Assembly (NCBI GenBank): GCA_964644265.1
Contig: CAZXUX010000002.1
Location: forward strand, 1 to 38,365
Length of the DNA: 38,365 nt
DNA from: an uncultured Gammaproteobacteria bacterium
GTDB lineage: Bacteria > Patescibacteriota > Patescibacteriia > UBA9934
Direction of reading: 5' to 3'
Position 1 is the stretch's first letter, and every line of letters starts with the position of its first letter. The translations under genes and the position numbers were made by a program. Shown here in pieces: positions 1 to 6,596 of this stretch. The notes under the pieces are model-generated. The model did not search any database. It saw only the letters and a program-made list of their open reading frames with translations, and was not told the DNA's origin.

Positions 1-2
1 CG

Positions 3-1061
3 ACTTACTTAATTCGATTTTCGATTGGACCGTTGCCTACAACGTTGTTAGAAGTTTTCATCCTCGAGCTGGCAATATTTTGGTTAATCAAAAAAAGACA
101 GGTGACGAGGGTTCCCTATCCGTTGATCGCCCTGGTGCTAGTGGCGACGCTGTCGATAGCTTTCGCTCCAGACAAGCTGAGCGCGCTCGGCTTGTGGAGG
201 GCGTATTTCATCGAGCCGATGATGGTGTTCGTGATGTTACGAACGACATTTAGCTCGGCTAAAGACTGGCGGCGTGGGTTGCAGGCGTTGGCTGTCGGCG
301 CTGTGTTGGTTTCGGTAGTAGCGTTGCTTCAATACCTGACCGGCATGGGTATTCCGGTGCCGTGGGACATTGAGAAGCGTGTTACCGGCGTGTTTGAGTA
401 CCCGAACGCGCTTGGCCTGTTTGTAGCGCCGATTGTGGCCGCTCTCATAGTGGCAAGACCCCATGCTTGGTGGCTGACGACCGCACTCGGTGCGATAGCG
501 ATTGTGCTCGCGAAGACAGAGGCAGCGTTTGTAGCCATTCCGGCGGCGCTCGTGGCTGGCTTTGCGCTCATGAAGCCTCAATGGCGAACTGCGCTCGTGG
601 CTCTGGGAGCACTAGGAGCTGCGGCCTGTTTTGTTTTGCCGATGGCGAGAGAGAAGGTCTTGTTACAAGACACCTCGGGCCTGGTGCGCCGAGCGCAGTG
701 GTCGGAGACAGCTGAGTTCTTGAAAGAGCATCCACTGCAAGGTGCTGGTCTAGCCGGTTATCCGACAGCGATTGTTCCCTATCACGATGGGACGCTATAC
801 GAGATTTTTCAGTATCCGCATAATATAGTTTTAAACATTTGGGTTGAGTTGGGATTACTGGGCGTCATAGTTGCCGTTTGGCTGGCCGCCGTTGTTATTC
901 GACACACCTGGCGCAATCGACACGATCCGTTAATAGTGGCTGGCTTCGTGGCGCTTCTTACCATGGCAATTCATGGACTAGTCGATGTGCCGTTTTTCAA
1001 GAATGATTTAGCCGTTCTTACCGTTTTCTTTTTAGCGATGACACTTGAGCGAGAGGAATGA
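3..1061 (+). CDS. O-antigen ligase / Wzy-type polytopic membrane protein, 5'-partial (frame open to window edge)
   Basis: Track ORF 33..1061 has no in-frame stop back to nt 3. Many hydrophobic helices. Motif YPHNIVLNIWVELGLLG is typical of the O-antigen ligase family. Confidence 0.65.
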   Translation, partial: TYLIRFSIGPLPTTLLEVFILELAIFWLIKKRQVTRVPYPLIALVLVATLSIAFAPDKLSALGLWRAYFIEPMMVFVMLRTTFSSAKDWRRGLQALAVGAVLVSVVALLQYLTGMGIPVPWDIEKRVTGVFEYPNALGLFVAPIVAALIVARPHAWWLTTALGAIAIVLAKTEAAFVAIPAALVAGFALMKPQWRTALVALGALGAAACFVLPMAREKVLLQDTSGLVRRAQWSETAEFLKEHPLQGAGLAGYPTAIVPYHDGTLYEIFQYPHNIVLNIWVELGLLGVIVAVWLAAVVIRHTWRNRHDPLIVAGFVALLTMAIHGLVDVPFFKNDLAVLTVFFLAMTLEREE

Positions 1062-1065
1062 CCCT

Positions 1066-1498
1066 ATTGTCATCTCGACGCAAGGAGAGATCTTTCTGGA
1101 TGTTTTAGAAATTAGGTTCGGCTTTTTATGTGGGGCCCTGCCCCACCCCACCCCATTAGACAAGCTCAGGGCAGGCCAGATACTTTCTTTCGGAACAAAG
1201 AAAGTATCCAAAGAAACTACGTAGCCGCCTATTCGACTCTACCGGGGATAGGCCGGTCAGTACTCGGGCAGGCCAGAATCCGGCCAATACTCTACTACCT
1301 GAGGATTACATGACCCTTATGGTATTGACCGAATGCTGGCCTGCTATTCCTCGTACTTTTGCCCGGCCATAACCCCGGCAGATTCGACGGCGGCGTGAAC
1401 CTGAGTGAAGGCTCAGGGTGAGTAACCTCTCGTTGCAACCTATCGAAAGCCACCAAACGAACCCCTCGCTGTCGCTCGGAGTCGCATCCGAACGAGCC
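1066..1498 (+). repeat. Structured dispersed repeat, copy A (5' leader tcatctcgacg..gagagatctttc plus ~340-nt body)
   Basis: Body from gatactttc (1179) to gtcgctcgg (about 1480) is nearly identical by eye to 6622-6927 and clearly homologous to 12202-12508. Leader 1069-1096 recurs at 6374-6400. Confidence 0.85.
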
Positions 1499-1545
1499 AA
1501 TCTGTGTAAATCCGTGAAAAAATCTGTGTAAAATCTGTGTTTAAA
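1499..1545 (+). promoter_or_regulatory. Three direct copies of an AATCTGTGTAAA iteron-like motif
   Basis: aatctgtgtaaa at 1499-1510 and 1521-1532, atctgtgtttaaa at 1533-1545. The same motif clusters at 31858-31974 and occurs once at 36911-36921. Confidence 0.5.
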
Positions 1546-1602
1546 AAGAAGAACCGGCCAATCGACGTCTCACTTTCGAGTGAGAGCAATCGATCGACCG
1601 GT
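1543..1602 (-). terminator. Compound rho-independent terminator of the 708-aa gene; also the left inverted repeat of the GC-rich cassette
   Basis: On the minus strand, outer stem accggtcgatcgatt/cgtcgattggccggt encloses hairpin tctcact-cgaa-agtgaga and is followed by tcttcttttt. It lies 16 nt after the stop at 1618. Confidence 0.6.
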
Positions 1603-1617
1603 CAGAGCCGAACCGCG

Positions 1618-3744
1618 CTACTTGTTGGCGATTGCGGCGTTCTGCAGCTCGGGGTGCCTGGCGAGCACCTCGGGCGGGAGCTTTGCCGTGCAGTCGCAGG
1701 GGAACGTGTCGGGGTTGAGCTTGCACACGGTGCCCGGCGAGAGCTCCTGAGCACGTTCGTGCTTGGAGATCTTCGCCTGGTACTCGTAGCAGACCCGTTC
1801 CCGAACGGTGAGCGGGACGTCGATGGCCTTGGCGGTCTCGACCACGGCCTTCTCGCTCGCGCCGCGGGCCAAGGTGACGGTCTGAGCGACCGCCACGTCA
1901 CCCATGACAGCGTGAGCCGCGTACGAGGTGCCGCCAACGCCGATTCCGAGAGTCAGCAGCAGCGCCGCCAACACAGAACCGGCGGTGATCATGCCCTTCA
2001 ACGCGCGCCGTCGGAAGTCGACCGAGAGCAGGCGACGATCGTCGTGCTCGGAGGTCAGGTTCCACCCCCGCACATACAGCTCCCCGACCATGAGGACGAG
2101 GAACCCGGCGGAGGCGAAACAGACCGAGACGAAGATGTTTCCCCGCCCGATCAGCATCCAGACGTTGCCAGCAGCGGCAACGACCGTGGAGACGATGGTG
2201 ACCGTCAGCGCCCGTTGGCGCAGGAACGACACCGGCTCCTTCTGCTGGACGAGGTCTTCGACCGCAGCGGTCGAGCTTCGCTCTCTGAGCGGAAGCCCGC
2301 CCAACTTCCTGAAGTAGTTGCCGATGTCGAGCCCCGTGCCTCCGATGAGGCCGGTGCCGTCAGCCGGATCCAGGAAGTTCTTGAGCTTCTTGAACAGGGT
2401 CGGGACCCCGTCCAAGGCAACGATCAGCAGCCGCGACACGCAGATGCCGACGATGCCCGCGTTGAGCCAGAAGTAGCTCCCGTCCCTGAACCCCCACAGA
2501 AGGGTGGCCAGGCCGGATAAACCAGCGAAGCCAACCAGACCCATGAACAGGATCACGTAGAGGATCGGCAGACCCAGGAACACCAGGCCGATGATCCAGA
2601 ACGCGACGGTCCTCGGCCACGAGGGCTCGGTGATCAACTTCGGTGCTGCCTCGAGCCAGCCAGTCAGCTTGTTGCGGAAGCTGGCACGTCCGGCGGCCGT
2701 TGACGAGTCGTCGATCCAGTCGCGGGCCGTCAGCGCCATGTAGAGCGGCGTCGAGATCTTGTCGCGTGCTTCCGCACGGAGCAAGACCTCGAACGGAGCG
2801 AAGATGTCGATCACGTCCTCGACGCAGTCGAGGTACCTCCGACGCTGCGCGTGCAGGGGGTGATCGCCGTCGATCGCGACGTTGGAGCGCTCCAGCCACT
2901 GCAGCGCCTCGATGCAGTCGGGGAACTTGTCCTCGTCGGGAGGCTCGATGTCCGACAACGCCTTGAGCGCGGCCGGGCACACGTTCAACCGTTCCAGCGC
3001 CGCCTTCAGGGCGTGCGGCTGGCGCGGCCGATCGATCTTGTCCTCGAGCCGGGCGTTCAGGATGCGCCAGAACAGCGCCAGCTTCCGCTGGTCGTCCGGG
3101 CTCATGGAGCCGAAGTCGACCTTGCTCGGCTTCGCGGTGTTGTCGATCTCGACGACGCCGTGTTTGCGCCATTTCGGGAAGCAGTCGGGGCACAGGGTAA
3201 CCCAGCCATCCTCGATGGCATCCTTGTCCCATTCGATTACCGACAGCAGGTTATGCATCTCCACTCCCTTCGGGAGTTGGGTGGAGCAACCTTTACGGTG
3301 AATCGTCCGACTTACCGGATCCTTCCAACCGTTCTTGTCCTCCAAGTCCTGCTCGACCTTGGCCTGGCTTGCCGCCAGGGGATCCCGCACCACGACCTCG
3401 ACCTCTTCCGCGGTCTTCGCGTTCTCGATCATGCGCCTCATGCCATCCGGCAAGCCGCGCAGCATCGGGGGAACAGCGAACCGAAACAGGTAGGGCAACT
3501 TGTGGTTGCGTTCGATCGCCTCTGCCAGCATCATCGCGGCACCGACTCGCATCGGCTCCGGGATGTTGAACAGGATGCGGGCGATCGTGCCAGCCGTGGT
3601 TTCCTTGGTCAGGAGCACGGCGGGGTTGATCTGAGCCAGGAGTGCTTCGAAGCCCTCCTCGGACATCTCGCGAACCACGTCGGCAATGAAGCCGATACCC
3701 TTGTTTTCGAGCGCCTCGGAAGAGGACAAAGCGTAACGAGCCAT
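1618..3744 (-). CDS. Hypothetical large polytopic membrane protein (ORFan). Soluble N-terminal ~380 aa with a Cys/His cluster (HRKGC...CPDC), then >=7 TM helices, then a Cys-containing C-terminal tail
   Basis: Long GC-rich ORF. Start moved to ATG 3742-3744 because GGAGG lies 6 nt upstream (ggaggccaccATG). No family recognised by eye. Confidence 0.75.
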   Translation of the reverse strand: MARYALSSSEALENKGIGFIADVVREMSEEGFEALLAQINPAVLLTKETTAGTIARILFNIPEPMRVGAAMMLAEAIERNHKLPYLFRFAVPPMLRGLPDGMRRMIENAKTAEEVEVVVRDPLAASQAKVEQDLEDKNGWKDPVSRTIHRKGCSTQLPKGVEMHNLLSVIEWDKDAIEDGWVTLCPDCFPKWRKHGVVEIDNTAKPSKVDFGSMSPDDQRKLALFWRILNARLEDKIDRPRQPHALKAALERLNVCPAALKALSDIEPPDEDKFPDCIEALQWLERSNVAIDGDHPLHAQRRRYLDCVEDVIDIFAPFEVLLRAEARDKISTPLYMALTARDWIDDSSTAAGRASFRNKLTGWLEAAPKLITEPSWPRTVAFWIIGLVFLGLPILYVILFMGLVGFAGLSGLATLLWGFRDGSYFWLNAGIVGICVSRLLIVALDGVPTLFKKLKNFLDPADGTGLIGGTGLDIGNYFRKLGGLPLRERSSTAAVEDLVQQKEPVSFLRQRALTVTIVSTVVAAAGNVWMLIGRGNIFVSVCFASAGFLVLMVGELYVRGWNLTSEHDDRRLLSVDFRRRALKGMITAGSVLAALLLTLGIGVGGTSYAAHAVMGDVAVAQTVTLARGASEKAVVETAKAIDVPLTVRERVCYEYQAKISKHERAQELSPGTVCKLNPDTFPCDCTAKLPPEVLARHPELQNAAIANK

Positions 3745-3928
3745 GGTGGCCTCCATCCCTACGCCTTACGGGCAGGGAGAATGGGTTGTTTTCTCTAGTA
3801 ACCTAGATTGTTAGAGAACGTGCTCCAAAAGGCCATCCTCCTTCGCTAAAGCTACGGAGGACATGCACTTCAGAACGTGGAACTATAGCATTTTTTGGCC
3901 AAAAAGTCAATTGCTCTCTATTGGGCTC

Positions 3929-4768
3929 TCATAACCCACCTGGAACAACGACAAGAGAAGATTGTAGATATGTTAGCGGATTTCTAAACATTTGAGGAGT
4001 GTTAATGCGTGCCTCTATTTCCCACAGGAGTTGTGGCAGGTGTTCTTTCCAGACATGGTGATAAGTTCTTCTAATGTGGCGTTTAAGAATAGACCAGATA
4101 CCCTCGATCCTATTAGTCGGTCCAAAGACGAATTTAGAGTGGTTGCAAGCCTCATGGATGTAGCCGAAGAACTCATCTATACCCTCGTAACATGTGGCAC
4201 TATCCGTGTAGACCGTTGAGCCTTCGTTGATATGCTCCAGTAGAAACCTGTCGGTAGTTCCCTGGCTTCTATTTGGCACTATTCTGAGAATCACTTTCTC
4301 CTCTTCTCGACACCATGCTCCAAGCACAATTCTCTGGTTCTTGTACCGTCTCCTGCCCACAAACGACTCATCTACCTCGACCTCTCCTAGGAATTTCTCT
4401 GGTGAAACATAGACAAGATGACGACGAAAGCGCCCATACCAGCGTCTTACTGTGATGATGGACACAGAAGCCATACTGGAGGCTGCAGGCAGCGTGTATT
4501 GAGCCTGCCAACACTGTAGAAGGATCCAGATCTGTCGCAATGAGAGTTTGGTGCAACCAAGCCAGGAAACTGAGAAAAGACTGAATGGTCGACGACACTT
4601 AGGGCACCGATACCGCGCTTCCGACTGCTTTATATGGCTAGTACCACAGCGCGGACAAAACACACGTTTTCCAAAGGTTGCATGACGGAAAAGTGAACGC
4701 AACTTGGCGTTTGAGGGAACCTCATCTATTCTAAACATATGGAACAGCTCGATTGAAGAGTAAAGCAC
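3929..4768 (-). CDS. IS1595-family (ISXO2-like) DDE transposase with N-terminal zinc ribbon
   Basis: CPRCG...CPKCRR zinc ribbon. Motifs VEVDESFVG, VYTDSATCY and ACNHSKFVFGPTNRIEGIWSILKR match the IS1595 DDE transposase family. Confidence 0.9.
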   Translation of the reverse strand: MLYSSIELFHMFRIDEVPSNAKLRSLFRHATFGKRVFCPRCGTSHIKQSEARYRCPKCRRPFSLFSVSWLGCTKLSLRQIWILLQCWQAQYTLPAASSMASVSIITVRRWYGRFRRHLVYVSPEKFLGEVEVDESFVGRRRYKNQRIVLGAWCREEEKVILRIVPNRSQGTTDRFLLEHINEGSTVYTDSATCYEGIDEFFGYIHEACNHSKFVFGPTNRIEGIWSILKRHIRRTYHHVWKEHLPQLLWEIEARINTPQMFRNPLTYLQSSLVVVPGGL

Positions 4769-4811
4769 TTCAATCTTACCGCTGTTCCATTTGGTTTCTA
4801 AAAGCCCTCTA

Positions 4812-4830
4812 TTGGCCTTTGGCTATTGGC
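4812..4830. repeat. Three phased TTGGC heptamers upstream of the transposase start
   Basis: TTGGC at 4812, 4819 and 4826 (7-nt period). Same array type as at 9727-9761 and 20629-20647. Confidence 0.6.
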
Positions 4831-5039
4831 TTTTAGAAGTTGTCTGGGGTAGCTAGTCTTAGCTAAATTGGCTAATATTAGCAAAATAATGCTATTATGA
4901 GGCTTGACAGGATGGGGAAAATATGCTATTGTTAAGTGTTACTAGGTAGGGCAAAAGTAACTTAGTTAGGCCTTGCCAGTAGCTAGTGTCTTTCACAACC
5001 AACCACCCCGACGCTACGGTCGGGGTACAGGAGGTGCCA

Positions 5040-5747
5040 ATGCGCACCATCGTCATGCTGTTCGGCCTGTTCTGCCTGGTGCTCCTCGGCGCCCCCGCCT
5101 TCGGGCAGGAGGCGCCCACGCCGACGGCGGAGGAGTTCCGCCAGCAGGCGGAGACCTTGAAGCTGATCGCCGACGCCAAGGCTCAGCTCGCCGCCCTCGA
5201 GGCGGCCAAGGTGGCCGAGCCGGTGCACGTCAACAGCCCCCGCCGGCACCACGTCTACGTGGACGCCTGCGGGGTACAGATCCTGAACCAGCCGGCCAAT
5301 GGTCGGCACACGGAGAGGATGATGGCGCAGAGCAACGACTGCGCCCGCACCCAGGTCGCCCAGACCGACGCCGACACCCGACGGGTGGAGGTGCTCGACC
5401 GCGGAGACCAGGGAGACACGATGACCGCGGCCATGGCTGCGGCCATCGTGGACAGCAAGGGCGCCGCCAACACCTACGCGGACACCCAGAACGGGCAGTA
5501 CGCAACGGGCGCGGCGGCCGTCCAGGCCGCCCGAGGCTTCAACAGCTTCGACGGATCCAGCTTCAACGGCTGGGTCGAAGGCCAGGCCTGGGCCAACCAG
5601 CTGCTGAACGGCAGCGCTCCCGCGCCGGCACCCGTGGTCACCAACCAGGCGCCGGCGCCCAAGAAGGTCGTCACCGTCCCCTCCACCCCCACCCCGAGCG
5701 CCAAGGACAAGGCCGACAAGGCCCTGGCCGACGCGCTCAAGGAGTGA
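5040..5747 (+). CDS. Hypothetical secreted protein (Ala/Pro-rich, ORFan)
   Basis: GGAGG 5 nt upstream of ATG 5040. Signal peptide MRTIVMLFGLFCLVLLGAPAFG/QE. GC-rich codon usage. Confidence 0.7.
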   Translation: MRTIVMLFGLFCLVLLGAPAFGQEAPTPTAEEFRQQAETLKLIADAKAQLAALEAAKVAEPVHVNSPRRHHVYVDACGVQILNQPANGRHTERMMAQSNDCARTQVAQTDADTRRVEVLDRGDQGDTMTAAMAAAIVDSKGAANTYADTQNGQYATGAAAVQAARGFNSFDGSSFNGWVEGQAWANQLLNGSAPAPAPVVTNQAPAPKKVVTVPSTPTPSAKDKADKALADALKE

Positions 5748-5749
5748 GC

Positions 5750-6289
5750 ATGTTCCACCTGTTCACGTTCGTGGTCCTGTTCTTCATCGGCTCGGCCTAC
5801 GCGGTCGACCCGACGGCGCCCCTCGCACCCGGCACGTTCGTGCTCGGGAGCCTGCCGCCGGACATGAGTCCGAACTGCAAGGAGGGCGTCAACAAACGCC
5901 CGTACTTCATCTCGCCAACCGTCGTCGGCGTGGCCACCCACCAGGTGTGGGACGGCAAACCTCCGAACGAAGGTGGTCACATGGTGGTGATCCGGCAGGG
6001 TGATAAGCTCGTGCCGGTCATTCCCGCAGCGGCAGTCCTCAAGCGGGATAGCAGCGGCAAGCCGATCGAAACGGATCCAGTGCGCTTTTGGTACTGCCTG
6101 AGCGCGACCAGGGTCAACTTCGGTGGCACGGTCCTCTCGGGGCCGAACAACAATCCCGTGACGGATGGTCCCGTCACTCTCTACCTGGGTGAGTTTCACG
6201 AAGTAGGGGCCTGCGGCAACATCTTCGTCGACCAGGCCGATCCGCGCCACAGCAGCGTGGAGTTCAACTCCACGCGCTGCGGGCCCTGA
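5750..6289 (+). CDS. Hypothetical secreted protein, 4 Cys (ORFan), translationally coupled to 5040..5747
   Basis: GGAG overlaps the upstream stop (ggagTGAgcATG). Signal peptide MFHLFTFVVLFFIGSAYA/VD. It is the in-frame tail of spurious track ORF 4973..6289. Confidence 0.7.
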   Translation: MFHLFTFVVLFFIGSAYAVDPTAPLAPGTFVLGSLPPDMSPNCKEGVNKRPYFISPTVVGVATHQVWDGKPPNEGGHMVVIRQGDKLVPVIPAAAVLKRDSSGKPIETDPVRFWYCLSATRVNFGGTVLSGPNNNPVTDGPVTLYLGEFHEVGACGNIFVDQADPRHSSVEFNSTRCGP

Positions 6290-6312
6290 CGAGCCCAAAC
6301 CAATCGTCACGC

Positions 6313-6352
6313 ACGGCCGGATCTTTCATGATCCGGCCGTTCTTCTTTTTTT
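6313..6352 (+). terminator. Rho-independent terminator; also the right inverted repeat of the GC-rich cassette
   Basis: cggccggatc-tttcat-gatccggccg followed by ttcttcttttttt, 24 nt after the stop at 6289. Confidence 0.8.
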
Positions 6353-6403
6353 ACGCGTTGTCTCTACCGCGAGTCATCTCGACGTTAAGGAGAGATCTTT
6401 CAG

Positions 6404-6429
6404 GACACGTCAGTCGCGACTGACGTGTC
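6404..6429. repeat. 26-bp perfect palindrome
   Basis: gacacgtcagtcg/cgactgacgtgtc is exactly self-complementary. Confidence 0.9.
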
Positions 6430-6469
6430 AGGTTGCTCGTATCTGCGATCGGCTAAGCCCGAGCCGTAA

Positions 6470-6545
6470 CTGAGTGGCAGCGACCCCGACGTACGTCGGG
6501 GCAAGTGGTGGCACTTGATAGGTTGCGACGTGAAACTTGGCCACT
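6470..6545 (-). repeat. Inverted, diverged partial copy (3' module) of the structured repeat (copy E)
   Basis: ccccgacgtacgtcgggg-N5-GGTGGC-N7-AGGTTGCGACG parallels copy D (ccctgagcgacagcgaaggg-N7-GGTGGC-N7-AGTTTGCGTCG) and the reverse complement of copies A-C. The hairpin is replaced by a different but still self-complementary sequence. Confidence 0.55.
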
Positions 6546-6596
6546 TCGAACGAAGGTGAGAAGCTAGGTTCCAGGGCAAATATTTCTGTTTATTTT

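Larger units (their letters stand above)
3795..4945 (-). mobile_element. IS1595-family insertion sequence (boundaries tentative)
   Basis: AT-richer block inside GC-rich DNA. Inverted 8-mers ctagtaac (3795-3802) and gttactag (4938-4945) sit at the compositional transitions. Contains the transposase ORF. No clear target-site duplication seen. Confidence 0.45.

Noticed and set aside
1179-1480. The repeat as tmRNA (…CCCCGGCAGATTCGACGG… resembles the tmRNA 5' GGGG..GGAUUCGAC, and AAACTACGTAGCCGCC resembles an ..NYA.AA tag)
   Set aside because: There is no tRNA-like T-arm (GGTTCGA.TCC) and no 3' CCA acceptor pairing. The tag-like frame has no stop and is not conserved in copy C. There are multiple copies per 38 kb. 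RNase P RNA (no GGAAAGTCC), an SRP RNA helix-8 motif and the T-box (only a loose GGTGG similarity on the minus strand, not upstream of aaRS genes) were rejected as well.
1128-1500. Protein-coding interpretation of the repeat (track ORFs 1128..1313, 1306..1500, 6400..6654, 6753..6944, 12379..12603). The minus-strand peptides share TPSDSEG.VWW.S.G.NERL
   Set aside because: The similarity follows from nucleotide identity. The copies lack a common start codon, and copy A is frameshifted relative to B and C. Codon differences between B and C are mostly non-synonymous (about 3 of 10 synonymous). Many differences are instead compensatory within helices. The short plus-strand mini-ORF is kept as a separate low-confidence observation.
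1537-3798. Long ORFs on the plus strand and in alternative frames (1537..2520, 1928..2317, 2360..3232, 2643..2966, 2851..3798, 2882..3301, 3369..3569) overlapping the 708-aa gene
   Set aside because: They are low-complexity, Arg/Pro/Gly/Ala-rich translations typical of stop-poor GC-rich DNA, with no ribosome-binding sites. The minus-strand 1618..3744 frame alone has protein-like composition, TM helices, an SD site and a terminator.
4973-6310. 438-aa ORF 4973..6289 and antisense ORFs 4983..5309, 5230..5505 and 5474..6310
   Set aside because: The N-terminal 260 aa of 4973..6289 are an Arg/Gly/Pro-rich shadow frame of the real gene 5040..5747. Only its tail (from ATG 5750, with SD and signal peptide) is credible. 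The antisense ORFs are GC-rich shadow frames.
1541-6352. The GC-rich cassette as a simple metagenomic mis-assembly (chimeric join at repeats)
   Set aside because: This is not fully excluded, but it is disfavoured. Both junctions are clean terminator/inverted-repeat structures. A native-composition IS1595 with the lineage-typical TTGGC array is inserted inside the cassette. Other smaller GC-rich patches (13523-13760, 14161-14760, 32930-36573) occur within otherwise syntenic native DNA. Read mapping is needed to settle it.
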